This document shows, one piece after another, positions 11,801-19,906 of a stretch of DNA of 64,000 bases. This DNA comes from Promethearchaeota archaeon (GTDB taxonomy: Archaea > Asgardarchaeota > Lokiarchaeia > Sigyniarchaeales > SOKP01), in NCBI GenBank assembly GCA_048938895.1, contig JBHLLU010000015.1:1-64000 (forward strand), written 5' to 3'. The notes below the pieces were generated by a model. It worked only from the letters and a program-made list of their open reading frames with translations. It made no database searches and was not told the DNA's origin. Position 1 is the first letter of the stretch. Every line of letters begins with the position of its first letter. Made by a program: the position numbers and the translations under genes.

Positions 11801-14800
11801 GAGGGAAGATATCAAGCAGATATTCAATTTACGACATATGGGACAACGTATCTAAATATACTTATTTATAGACAACAATGGACCTATATAACCTATTCCT
11901 ATGATGGTTCTTATTTAAGAGCATATGCAAACGGTGAAATGAGAACAAGCTCATATATAGGAGGATTTCCTTTAATAGCAGATTCAAGTTCTTTCTATTT
12001 AGGTCAGTTCAATAGTTTTAAAGGATTCTTGGATGAATTTCGCGTTTCAAGTAGTCCAAGATCCGATGGATGGGTCGCCACAGAATATAATAATCAATAT
12101 AATCCTAGTAACTTTTATATTGTGGGTGAAGAAGAGTATTCAAAGCCAATAGTATTTGTTGACGCACAAATCAACGCTGTGGATCTATATGGGAATATGC
12201 TCCCAAATGTTATTATTTCAATGTATCAAAACGTGAATTTAATCAGTAGTGATATTACCAATGAACAGGGTAGTGTGAGTTTTGCTGACTTAATTGCTGG
12301 AGAATATAATTTTACCGCAACAATCAGTTCCAGTATTGCTAATGTAACTGAATATGTTAATGTCACAACTCAAGCATTTTTACTTGATAAACCCTTTCAA
12401 ACTATTACTCTTATATGTGATGTGACTTCACATTTCTTTGAAATAATAGATCTTGATAGTAATCCAGTTGATTCCGGATGGATAATGGTTGGAAATGATA
12501 CTCATATACTTAAGAAGTGTAATATAGATCCTTCGGGACATGCAACTTTTTGGTGGTTGGATGCTTCACCTTCCGTATATAATTATACCATATACTATAG
12601 TGATGTTAGGTATAGCCCTTCAACACTTGCATTGGATTCAGGAGATATCACAACAAAAAATACTACAATCCAAGTTCAAGTGGATCTTACAACTGTGAAC
12701 TTTAAAGTACTTACTCTAAGTACCCCGATAACGCCTGTTAGTGGAGCGAAGCTTAAATTAACAGTCGGAACTCCATCAGGAAAAAGTATTGTAAATCTAA
12801 CCACAGATCTTAGTGGAGAAGCAACATTACGATGGTTAGATTCCGCTGGGATTGGTGGAGATTATTGTTTACAAATTGAGTTCTTTGGGGTAAATAGGCT
12901 TTTCAACGATACAATCGGTGCCTTACCGCCTTATGTTAACAACATATCTTTTCCTGTCGTAAACAAAGCTTCTATTGAACTAAGAATAGCAATTGATCTT
13001 GATTTATTTCAAACTGAACTTATCTCACTAAACCCTACCGATTATATTGATGTGGAGTGGGGATCCCTAATAAAATTGAGAGCATTATTTAATGTAAGTA
13101 GAGTTGAAACAGGTTATGATCACTTATTGGGTCCTACAAACCCAGATTCTATTATATTTGAATTATTACTAGGTGGAGATATTGTTCTTTCAGGAGTGTT
13201 TTCAGAAGAAACTGGTAATATCGGGAGATATTATACAAATGTAGACACTAAACAAATTTATAGTGATGAGAAGTACATAATAATTATTTCAGCATATAAA
13301 TCGGGTTATTCCCTTCCTTCAGATTTAATTCTCCAACTAGAAGTTTCAGAAAAACAAATAGCATTAAATCAGTCTGAAAATGATGATTCTAGTTCATCTG
13401 CATATTGGCAAGATAACGTTGATATGACCCTGAATTCTTATGGTCAGAATTCAGAATATCTTACCATAGAAAATGCTATTTTTCAGAGTATTGACCACCA
13501 ATTTAATTTTATGATTTCTGATATTCAACATCAATGGAACTTATCCAAAATTGTGTTTAACATCTACAATATTACATGGAACACTGATATCTCAAATATC
13601 AATATCACTATCGAAGATCCTTATGGGGCATTTTCATATATGTTTGATAATAATACCAGCGGTTGGGATTACACTCTGGGTACATGGACAGGGATTACGT
13701 TGATATTAGATTATGCGAGTCCCACTCAAAATAATAATTTTGAGTTTATAATCGGAGGTTCCTTTGTTAATACTGTAGATATTGAGGCTGATATTTACTT
13801 CATTAGAGATTCTCTTAGTGTAGAATACTCTAAGTTTAATGTAAGTAATTCTATTTCTCTTATAGCAGAAGTTGAGGGATGGGCAATTAATAACATAACT
13901 TTTGAGATTTCAAACTGTTATTACACCTCTAACTGGAGTAAAGTAGATTTATCAACACTTACAAACTTAAATATTACTACAAATGAAGGATTCAAATATT
14001 CACTGACTTCAGGTGACACAAATGGAAACGGTATTTTAACAATTGAAGATAGAATGATTTATCCAATAGGAGATCAATTTTTATTTTCGATTGGGAGTTT
14101 TGCAGACATAACTTTTGATGCGATTATCAAGGTAGAATATGTCCAAGAATTTTATAAAACACATCCACTAGAAACATATAATCTTACAAAAAGATTACAA
14201 GGAATTACCAACGGAGGAATATTTCAAGTAGAACTAATTGAAAACAGTTGGATTGAAGAAGAAACAATATTATGGATTACAGGAATTAAGGGAGGTTCAA
14301 ATTATTACTTTCCCTCAGAAATAAATATGAACATTATTATTGGGGGCCAAACTTATAGTATTTCCGATTTTGCAAAAGGAACTGGAACCTTTTCCTTAGC
14401 TGGTTATAATAAAAACCAAATTTTTCAAGCTGTTATAAATGCAGATACTCCTGTAAACTTTAGTTTGTTGCTTTCAAGTAAATATTTTAGAACGATATCT
14501 TATGAAATTATTGGTGAGCTATCGTTTAATGTTCTCGAAGCTCCTTCGGTCTTCGGTACTGCTCAATATAATTCAATTTCAGGATATTATTTAAAGACAC
14601 TTGATACTACCTTACTTGATGCTGGTGAATATACAGTAAGATTTTCATTTAACAAAGCTCATTATCAGCATGCAAATAAAGATCTTAGTTTAGTGGTATT
14701 AAATCGCCCTACATTGTTAAATGGTTCAACAGATTTTTTTAGAAAAATAGAAACGATTTATGTAAAAGATAATGTGAATTTTACCTTTCTTTATATTGAT

Positions 14801-16795
14801 GAGATAAAAGGAACGAAAGTTACTAATTTAAGAAATCAATATTATATTTGGGAAAGTTATGACCAAGAGGGGAATGTAATTGGTACAGGTCAGGGAAACG
14901 TTATTACTAATTTAGATAACACTTACACTATAGATTTTGATACTCAAACAAGATCTGTTGGGGAATATCTCTTAGTTCTTACTGTTGATAAAGATAATTA
15001 CGATCGAAAGAATGCTATGATTCTGCTTTCTATTAATAAAAGACCCTTAAACTATACTTTAAGTGATAATTTCAAGAATTTTAAATCAAGTGTTAGCCAA
15101 GGGAATTTAGTCCCAATAGAACTAACTTTAACAGATCCAACCCAGGGAGACATATTAATAATTAATGCGACAGTAGAATTGAGAATCGGAGGTATTGTAT
15201 ATGATTTTCAACCAACAATGAACGGTACTTACAGATATGAATTTCCTACAAATACTATCAAAACTTTCTTCACATCTAAAACAATAACCGGAAAAATACT
15301 TATTACAAGAGAGGATTATATCACCGAAGAATTTACCATTATTATCGTTGTAGAAATGGAGACTTTCCTTTTTGGTATTCCAACCTTTTATTTTATTATG
15401 ATATTATCAGCCGTCGTAGCGTTGGTAGGTAGTATTGTAGGATATAGACTGATACAAAGTGCAAAAATACCAACATTTGTTAAAAAAGTACGAGAAATGA
15501 AGAAGGCAATAAAAGGAGATAAATCGATATCTGATTCAGTATTATATCCACAGAAAGAAGTATTTATTGCTGAAAGGTTAAATCAACTATGGGAGAAATT
15601 AGGACTATCTTTAGCTGAACCATTAGAAATCAAAGGGAAGATAAAAAATGTTATTAAAGAACGAAGAGTTAGTGAAGCTATAAGAGTTCATGATATGAAA
15701 CCATTAGGGTTAATATTAATGAAATGGGACGAAAGAATTGGTACAGAGATTATCACAAAATACCCAAAAGAGACAGTTATTTCTGATAAAACTCTAATGC
15801 AAATATATAGTACTCATGAATATAGTGGTGAAAAAGGTGTTATTACCATCACCGCAGGAGCGACTAATATCATTTCTTATTATTCTGGACCCGAGCACGG
15901 TTATTATCTTCTCTTAATCTTAAATTTAGATGATGATCCTGATGTTTATGAAGGTGGTATGGCTGATATTTTAAGAATTTTCTTAGACCAAATTGAGGAT
16001 GAGACATATATGCAACTTTTACCCTCCTATTTCCAACGAATGGCATTATATCCTTCATTCAGCGATGAAGAACTGCTAATTCTTTATTATCATGACGAAA
16101 TTAAACAGATGATCATAGATAATTTAAATGATATAGGTTTAATAACCAAATCTGAATTAACAGTGTGGCTAAGAGATAAATTTGCTGAAGAATTTGTGGA
16201 CTTAGATGCGACTCTTTCTGAAATGTTAAAAAAAGAAATAATAAAACAAGTATCTGTTAAGGGATTACCTTCTGAATTGATTTTCTTAATAAACGATTTA
16301 TTTTTGCTTAGAATACCTCCTATAGAATTATATGAAGATCCAACTAATCGTGGTCTACCCCTTCAATTCGTTAAAGAATATTTAGCTGAGGTAAAAACTT
16401 TCTTCCAAAATTACAAACCTACTGTGGAAGACAATAATGCTATCATCGAAATCTTGACAAATCCAGAAGTATATCAGATTTTAAGACTTTTGAGAAAATC
16501 TATCGCTACAAGGGAAGATCTCGAGAAATTACGGATGAAAGGTGTGAAAGATATCTATGGTGCACTAAAAATGTTATATGATACTAAAATGATTAAAATT
16601 TTCCGAGACGAGAAAAACAATGAGTATTATGCTCTTATTACTGACTTTTATCTCGATCTTCTCTTCCCAAAGTATCTTTTAAAAGTAATTAAACAATCAT
16701 ACGAACAAAAATCTGTTACCAATAAAGCTTTAATTGAGTATCTAGAAATTCTTGAAGATACATATTACGACCTAAAATCAAAGAAAAATAAATAA
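8861..16795 (+). CDS. Giant membrane-anchored surface protein 2, tandem paralog of 679..8691
   Basis: 2644 aa with the same architecture (units start ~9040, ~10075, ~11110; TM ~15370-15445; tail KPLGLILMKWDERIGTEIITKYP from ~15700). Confidence 0.85.
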   Translation: MKKWRNQLITIKKRIKALIILLFVLICPLILSSPIFSNIFPTNINENEDDNSSDIKPIISAPFNAHYFQFYKVITIDHNQVSGTSGHTNFPFLFSILDTDLHTDVQSDGDDIAFSLNNVWLDHEIEVFDQNYDATHARLVVWMRLPVLSITINTVIRMYYGNSTISSRQNPEGVWDINYKAVYHMKQDPSTSSVLDSTSNSYDLTPGTGFVSGDLVDGIFGKAIEFDGVNTQYLEITSGFSNPSSSLSLEMWFNPQLFNTYQRYLTARWSYPDLRFQTSNEITTRIRNTLGNVSSTTSYFTAWQDQYYHFVMTWQGGSVGRQKHYLNGTLVRDDYDAEALGTSSSWTGFNFGSDTDHTDPIGAYIEEFRITSNARSSGWYATEFNNQYNPNSFYTVSLENEVVWEPPNANYFLYYKTITIDQNEITGTGFHTNFPFLFSFTDKSLRYHVQPDGDDIAFAVDGDWLDHDIILFNQAYNSTHAELKVWVQIPYLYTSKDTVITMFYGNSTMDSRENPEGVWDSGYAAVYHLDDDFLDSTSNNRDGLNTGSTDTIGIIGDGQDFERDDNSDNINLGTWSISGYQITIQTWVKFESFSVTDARILSKNSGTSDNSEYHVWMLGTWDSPPSRLRGRIKTGTSDSSGTSTYVATSGDLSLDTWYLTTLKYDGSYMHFTLDGNPVGSFSKTGPLRSNSWPIVIGNSPTGNRPIDAIIDEVRISSVIRSDDWLKTEYDNQKDPASFGSVGEENIINEDPPNALYFDYHKIITIDHTKVNGTGSHVNFPFLISILDEDLRFDVQSDGDDIAFSLDGQWLDHQIELFNQSYSSSQAQLIAWVRIPFLSTEVNTSIIMHYGNSSMSSRQNPEGVWGAYQSVWHLNEPSGTGNYIKDSTSNNYHGTPFGTDFLKTSQIDGSRNFLGNGDNRIIIDRGSEFFDGDNLFTFSFWLYPNYDSDAEWESMTDRLVFYKQSSIRLSRLWRQNWMPAGEGRYQADIQFTTYGTTYLNILIYRQQWTYITYSYDGSYLRAYANGEMRTSSYIGGFPLIADSSSFYLGQFNSFKGFLDEFRVSSSPRSDGWVATEYNNQYNPSNFYIVGEEEYSKPIVFVDAQINAVDLYGNMLPNVIISMYQNVNLISSDITNEQGSVSFADLIAGEYNFTATISSSIANVTEYVNVTTQAFLLDKPFQTITLICDVTSHFFEIIDLDSNPVDSGWIMVGNDTHILKKCNIDPSGHATFWWLDASPSVYNYTIYYSDVRYSPSTLALDSGDITTKNTTIQVQVDLTTVNFKVLTLSTPITPVSGAKLKLTVGTPSGKSIVNLTTDLSGEATLRWLDSAGIGGDYCLQIEFFGVNRLFNDTIGALPPYVNNISFPVVNKASIELRIAIDLDLFQTELISLNPTDYIDVEWGSLIKLRALFNVSRVETGYDHLLGPTNPDSIIFELLLGGDIVLSGVFSEETGNIGRYYTNVDTKQIYSDEKYIIIISAYKSGYSLPSDLILQLEVSEKQIALNQSENDDSSSSAYWQDNVDMTLNSYGQNSEYLTIENAIFQSIDHQFNFMISDIQHQWNLSKIVFNIYNITWNTDISNINITIEDPYGAFSYMFDNNTSGWDYTLGTWTGITLILDYASPTQNNNFEFIIGGSFVNTVDIEADIYFIRDSLSVEYSKFNVSNSISLIAEVEGWAINNITFEISNCYYTSNWSKVDLSTLTNLNITTNEGFKYSLTSGDTNGNGILTIEDRMIYPIGDQFLFSIGSFADITFDAIIKVEYVQEFYKTHPLETYNLTKRLQGITNGGIFQVELIENSWIEEETILWITGIKGGSNYYFPSEINMNIIIGGQTYSISDFAKGTGTFSLAGYNKNQIFQAVINADTPVNFSLLLSSKYFRTISYEIIGELSFNVLEAPSVFGTAQYNSISGYYLKTLDTTLLDAGEYTVRFSFNKAHYQHANKDLSLVVLNRPTLLNGSTDFFRKIETIYVKDNVNFTFLYIDEIKGTKVTNLRNQYYIWESYDQEGNVIGTGQGNVITNLDNTYTIDFDTQTRSVGEYLLVLTVDKDNYDRKNAMILLSINKRPLNYTLSDNFKNFKSSVSQGNLVPIELTLTDPTQGDILIINATVELRIGGIVYDFQPTMNGTYRYEFPTNTIKTFFTSKTITGKILITREDYITEEFTIIIVVEMETFLFGIPTFYFIMILSAVVALVGSIVGYRLIQSAKIPTFVKKVREMKKAIKGDKSISDSVLYPQKEVFIAERLNQLWEKLGLSLAEPLEIKGKIKNVIKERRVSEAIRVHDMKPLGLILMKWDERIGTEIITKYPKETVISDKTLMQIYSTHEYSGEKGVITITAGATNIISYYSGPEHGYYLLLILNLDDDPDVYEGGMADILRIFLDQIEDETYMQLLPSYFQRMALYPSFSDEELLILYYHDEIKQMIIDNLNDIGLITKSELTVWLRDKFAEEFVDLDATLSEMLKKEIIKQVSVKGLPSELIFLINDLFLLRIPPIELYEDPTNRGLPLQFVKEYLAEVKTFFQNYKPTVEDNNAIIEILTNPEVYQILRLLRKSIATREDLEKLRMKGVKDIYGALKMLYDTKMIKIFRDEKNNEYYALITDFYLDLLFPKYLLKVIKQSYEQKSVTNKALIEYLEILEDTYYDLKSKKNK
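12431..12716. repeat. 286-bp exact repeat, copy 2
   Basis: Identical to 4327..4612. Confidence 0.9.
13877..14028. repeat. 152-bp near-exact repeat, copy 2
   Basis: Matches 5770..5921 with one substitution. Confidence 0.85.
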
Positions 16796-16817
16796 TTTTC
16801 TTTTCTTTTTTTTTTTT
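16796..16817 (+). terminator. Oligo-T terminator after giant gene 2
   Basis: ttttcttttctttttttttttt directly after TAA. Confidence 0.5.
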
Positions 16818-16828
16818 ATTTAAATTTT

Positions 16829-16907
16829 TAAATCCAAGCTCGAGCAGAGATTTCATCAAATAACTCTCCAAGAAGGTTTTTTTATTTGATTCATTATTTT
16901 GGATTTA
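16829..16907 (-). promoter_or_regulatory. Eukaryote-like SECIS element in the 3' UTR of the putative selenoprotein
   Basis: Minus strand: helix I UAAAUCCAA/UUGGAUUUA; core AUGA (16894-16891)...GA (16854-16853); helix II AUCAAAUAA/UUAUUUGAU (9 perfect pairs); unpaired AAAAA at the apical loop 5' side, followed by a short possible mini-stem. Confidence 0.85.
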
Positions 16908-16909
16908 TT

Positions 16910-17830
16910 TTACTTACAATCTTCTCCCTGCTGGAGATTAATCTTGATAAATGCTTCCTCTTGAACGTTCCGTTGTTCCGATTTTATTGATCTATTTACT
17001 TGGTGTAAATGTTTCATCGCATTTTTTTTTCCTTCTTGGATATTTCTAAATAATTCTTCTTTACTAAATCCTCCAGAAAGAACAAGAGCAGTCTGAAAAG
17101 ATTGATCCGGTTCTAATGCTTTGAATTCAATCTGCAGAGCTGATAAAATTTCTCCTGATCCCTTATACAAGGTATTTGAAAGATTCAATTTTTGATGATC
17201 AATTATGAACTCATTTGTAAGACTTGATTCGTAATTTGTTGATTTTGATATAGGGGAGAAACCCCCATATAACCCGGTGTTATCATATTGATAAATAATA
17301 TCATTTTCCTCGTCATAACCTGACATATCATTATCATATCCATCAAGTCCATTTATATCAAAATCGAAAACGAAATACATTGAAAAATCATTCATGGTAT
17401 AGTCTGAAATGTTCTTTAAAGTAAAAAAAGTACTAATATACGGTACTTTAGGGGGATTAAAAATATCTTTATACAAACGAACATATTCCTTTTCTTTCAA
17501 TGGAATCGCTTTCAGCTTATTTTCTCGACTAAGTTTCTTAAGATATTCGGTTATATTGAAATCCAGGGTAATCCTGCTTATAGCAGTTCCCTTTCTAGTA
17601 TTAACCATATTATAGATAGGTGTTGGTTCAATATTTTTTAAAAGAACTGGAATCGAGCCAATCTTTTTCCCTTCTAGTTTAAAACTAAACCACGGACCGG
17701 TTAATTCTTTTTCACTAAGATATATAAGATATTTTCCTTTATATGTAAGTTCTTTTATTGAAAATCCCATAACATATCCAGCAGCGTTTCAAGTTGTGAG
17801 CACTTCGTGCCAATCTACCTTCAGTACTAT
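16910..17830 (-). CDS. Putative selenoprotein of unknown function (Sec at TGA 17789-17791)
   Basis: Frame of the 286-aa track ORF extends upstream as ATA GTA CTG AAG GTA GAT TGG CAC GAA GTG CTC ACA ACT TGA AAC GCT GCT GGA TAT GTT ATG. AGGAGGT SD at 17844-17838; SECIS begins just after the stop. The start is uncertain (ATA 17830, CTG 17824 or GTG 17803). Confidence 0.75.
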
Positions 17831-17934
17831 CTTTTTAACCTCCTTTTACTAATTTAAAAATATATTATGAATTCAATTACTTTATTGAGTATGTAAAAGA
17901 ATAAAGAATCATTAAAAAGTTTGTTTTCTCACAT

Positions 17935-18918
17935 CTAAAGCGTCTCTATTACTCTATAGGCAATATGGAAAAAAGCATCATTAACATTTTCTCCTGTTTT
18001 TGCACTAGTAAGAATAAAATGAAAACCATAGTTAAATGCAACATTCCTAATATCTTCTTCACTAATTAAATTTTCTTCTATCAAATCTGATTTATTTCCG
18101 ACAATCACAATAGGAATATTCTTTTGTACTGAGCTATTAATATCATTATACCATTTTTCAACACTTTTTAGATTATCCTGGCGAGTTCTATCGATTACAA
18201 TAAATGCCGCATCAGCACCATTATAAAATTTTGTTCTGTATGGAGCCATTTGAAAACTTTGACCTCCAATGTCCCAAATAATAAAGTTCATCTTTACTTT
18301 GTCTGTCAAATCAACTGATTTCTTCGAAAGCTGCACACCAATAGTTGAGATGTAATCTTTTTCGAATGTATTTTTTACAAATCTTCTTATAAGAGAGGTT
18401 TTTCCTACTTTAAAATCTCCAGTGAGTATTAGTTTATGAGAATATTCTCCTTCAATACTTTGAAGTGAACCAGCTCTCGTCTTTGCTAATGCTTTAATTA
18501 TTTCTGGAATTTCTGGGGAAACTTCCTCATTACCCTCTAGGATTAACTCAACTTTTCCTGCTATATGTTCAGAATATACTTTTAATTCAATGTCGCTTGT
18601 AGATTGATCAGCAACCGTAGTTAATATAGTTAACGGACCCTGCGAACAAAATGCAAATTTTCTCTCTCCTGTCATAGTTATATTAAAGAAATTTCCCTTA
18701 CTCCCAAATTCACTTTTAATTCGTTCTATATAATTATCAAGAATTGCTGAAATTGCTCCAATAATCGAATCAGATTCTTCCACATCCCCTTCTTTAAAAT
18801 CTGATACGATTATAAAGCCGTTTCGATCACATATAGCTACTCCTAATATCCCATCAACTTCATTAGTATATTTTTTCAATATTTTCATTAGTTGTTCTGT
18901 ATTTGGGAGTTTTTCCAT
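17935..18918 (-). CDS. Roadblock/LC7 domain + Rab-like small GTPase fusion
   Basis: N-terminal GILGVAICDRNGFII..IGAISA (Roadblock). G1 GDFKVGKT, G2 YISTIG, G3 WDIGGQ, G4 NKSD, G5 TSAKTG; FYNGA resembles RabF4. No C-terminal Cys. Confidence 0.9.
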   Translation of the reverse strand: MEKLPNTEQLMKILKKYTNEVDGILGVAICDRNGFIIVSDFKEGDVEESDSIIGAISAILDNYIERIKSEFGSKGNFFNITMTGERKFAFCSQGPLTILTTVADQSTSDIELKVYSEHIAGKVELILEGNEEVSPEIPEIIKALAKTRAGSLQSIEGEYSHKLILTGDFKVGKTSLIRRFVKNTFEKDYISTIGVQLSKKSVDLTDKVKMNFIIWDIGGQSFQMAPYRTKFYNGADAAFIVIDRTRQDNLKSVEKWYNDINSSVQKNIPIVIVGNKSDLIEENLISEEDIRNVAFNYGFHFILTSAKTGENVNDAFFHIAYRVIETL

Positions 18919-19100
18919 TGAAGCTCAAGACCTCTCTAGAGAATTTATCCATTATATTCCTTAAAAATTATATTAAGAATATATTCAGATAATATAAATA
19001 TAGGTATTGATGCAGTTATTAGGATAATATTATAATCATACTTGCGAAGACATTAGCATACCATATTATTTTTTAATTAAAATACAACCCACTTTTAATT

Positions 19101-19265
19101 ATGATAAGTGATTCCTCTATAAATGATGATATAGCAAGTTGTGAAGAAAATATAGCTAAAATTTTAGATCGAGCAGTAAAGCTCTTCAGACGAACAGATC
19201 TACCTGAATTGGCTGAAAAATGGGATAGGATTTTGAAAACTTACCTTTCAAAAAAGAGAAGATAA
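19101..19265 (+). CDS. Small hypothetical protein (54 aa, not in ORF track)
   Basis: MISDSSINDDIASCEENIAKILDRAVKLFRRTDLPELAEKWDRILKTYLSKKRR; helical amphipathic pattern; fills the gap and ends just before the hisB stop. Confidence 0.45.
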   Translation: MISDSSINDDIASCEENIAKILDRAVKLFRRTDLPELAEKWDRILKTYLSKKRR

Positions 19266-19266
19266 T

Positions 19267-19839
19267 CTATAATATTCCTTTACTCGAGGGAATTTCATCT
19301 GAAGTAATTTTTTTTGCTTGTTTAATCGCTCTTGCTAGTGCTTTAAATACAGCTTCAATTTTGTGATGTTGATCTTCGCCATAAAGTACATGGATATGAA
19401 GATTCATTTTTGCATTTTCCGCAAAAGAATTAAAAAAATGTACTACATCTTCCACAGCAACATCTTCTATGTCACATTCTTTTAAATTTAAATCGAGAAT
19501 CAGTGCTTTTCGACCACTAAAATCTACAACACATCTTGCAAGAACCTCATCCATAGGAACTAAGGCAAAACCATATCTATTAATTCCTTTTTTATCACCT
19601 AGTGCTTTTTGAAAGCATTCTCCAAGAGATATTCCAATATCCTCTATTATATGGTGAGTCAGATCTCCATTTGCGTTTAATTTAATATCTGTATTAGAGT
19701 GTGAGGATAATAATCTTATCATATGATCCATAAATTTAAAACCTGTATCAATCTCGCTTTTACCAGAGCCATCTAAATTCAACTCAACAGCTATCTCAGT
19801 TTCATTTGTTTTTCTCGTAATTTTAGCAGTACGTTCCAT
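19267..19839 (-). CDS. hisB: Imidazoleglycerol-phosphate dehydratase
   Basis: RKTNET, HHIIED, PMDE, DQHHKIEAVFKALARA, IPSSKGIL. Confidence 0.97.
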   Translation of the reverse strand: MERTAKITRKTNETEIAVELNLDGSGKSEIDTGFKFMDHMIRLLSSHSNTDIKLNANGDLTHHIIEDIGISLGECFQKALGDKKGINRYGFALVPMDEVLARCVVDFSGRKALILDLNLKECDIEDVAVEDVVHFFNSFAENAKMNLHIHVLYGEDQHHKIEAVFKALARAIKQAKKITSDEIPSSKGIL

Positions 19840-19906
19840 TTACATAACACCAATGAATAATATTAAAGCAAAGATTATAATTTTTAGGAATTTTTTTTTA
19901 ATTACT

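Noticed and set aside
4327-14028. Repeats as diversity-generating retroelement TR/VR or IS ends
   Set aside because: No adenine-specific mismatches, no reverse transcriptase or transposase, and the copies sit at equivalent positions of paralogous genes
17799-17811. GGCAC-GAA-GTGCT hairpin just upstream of the Sec codon as a recoding element
   Set aside because: Only 5 bp with a 3-nt loop; could arise by chance, and cannot be supported without covariation data
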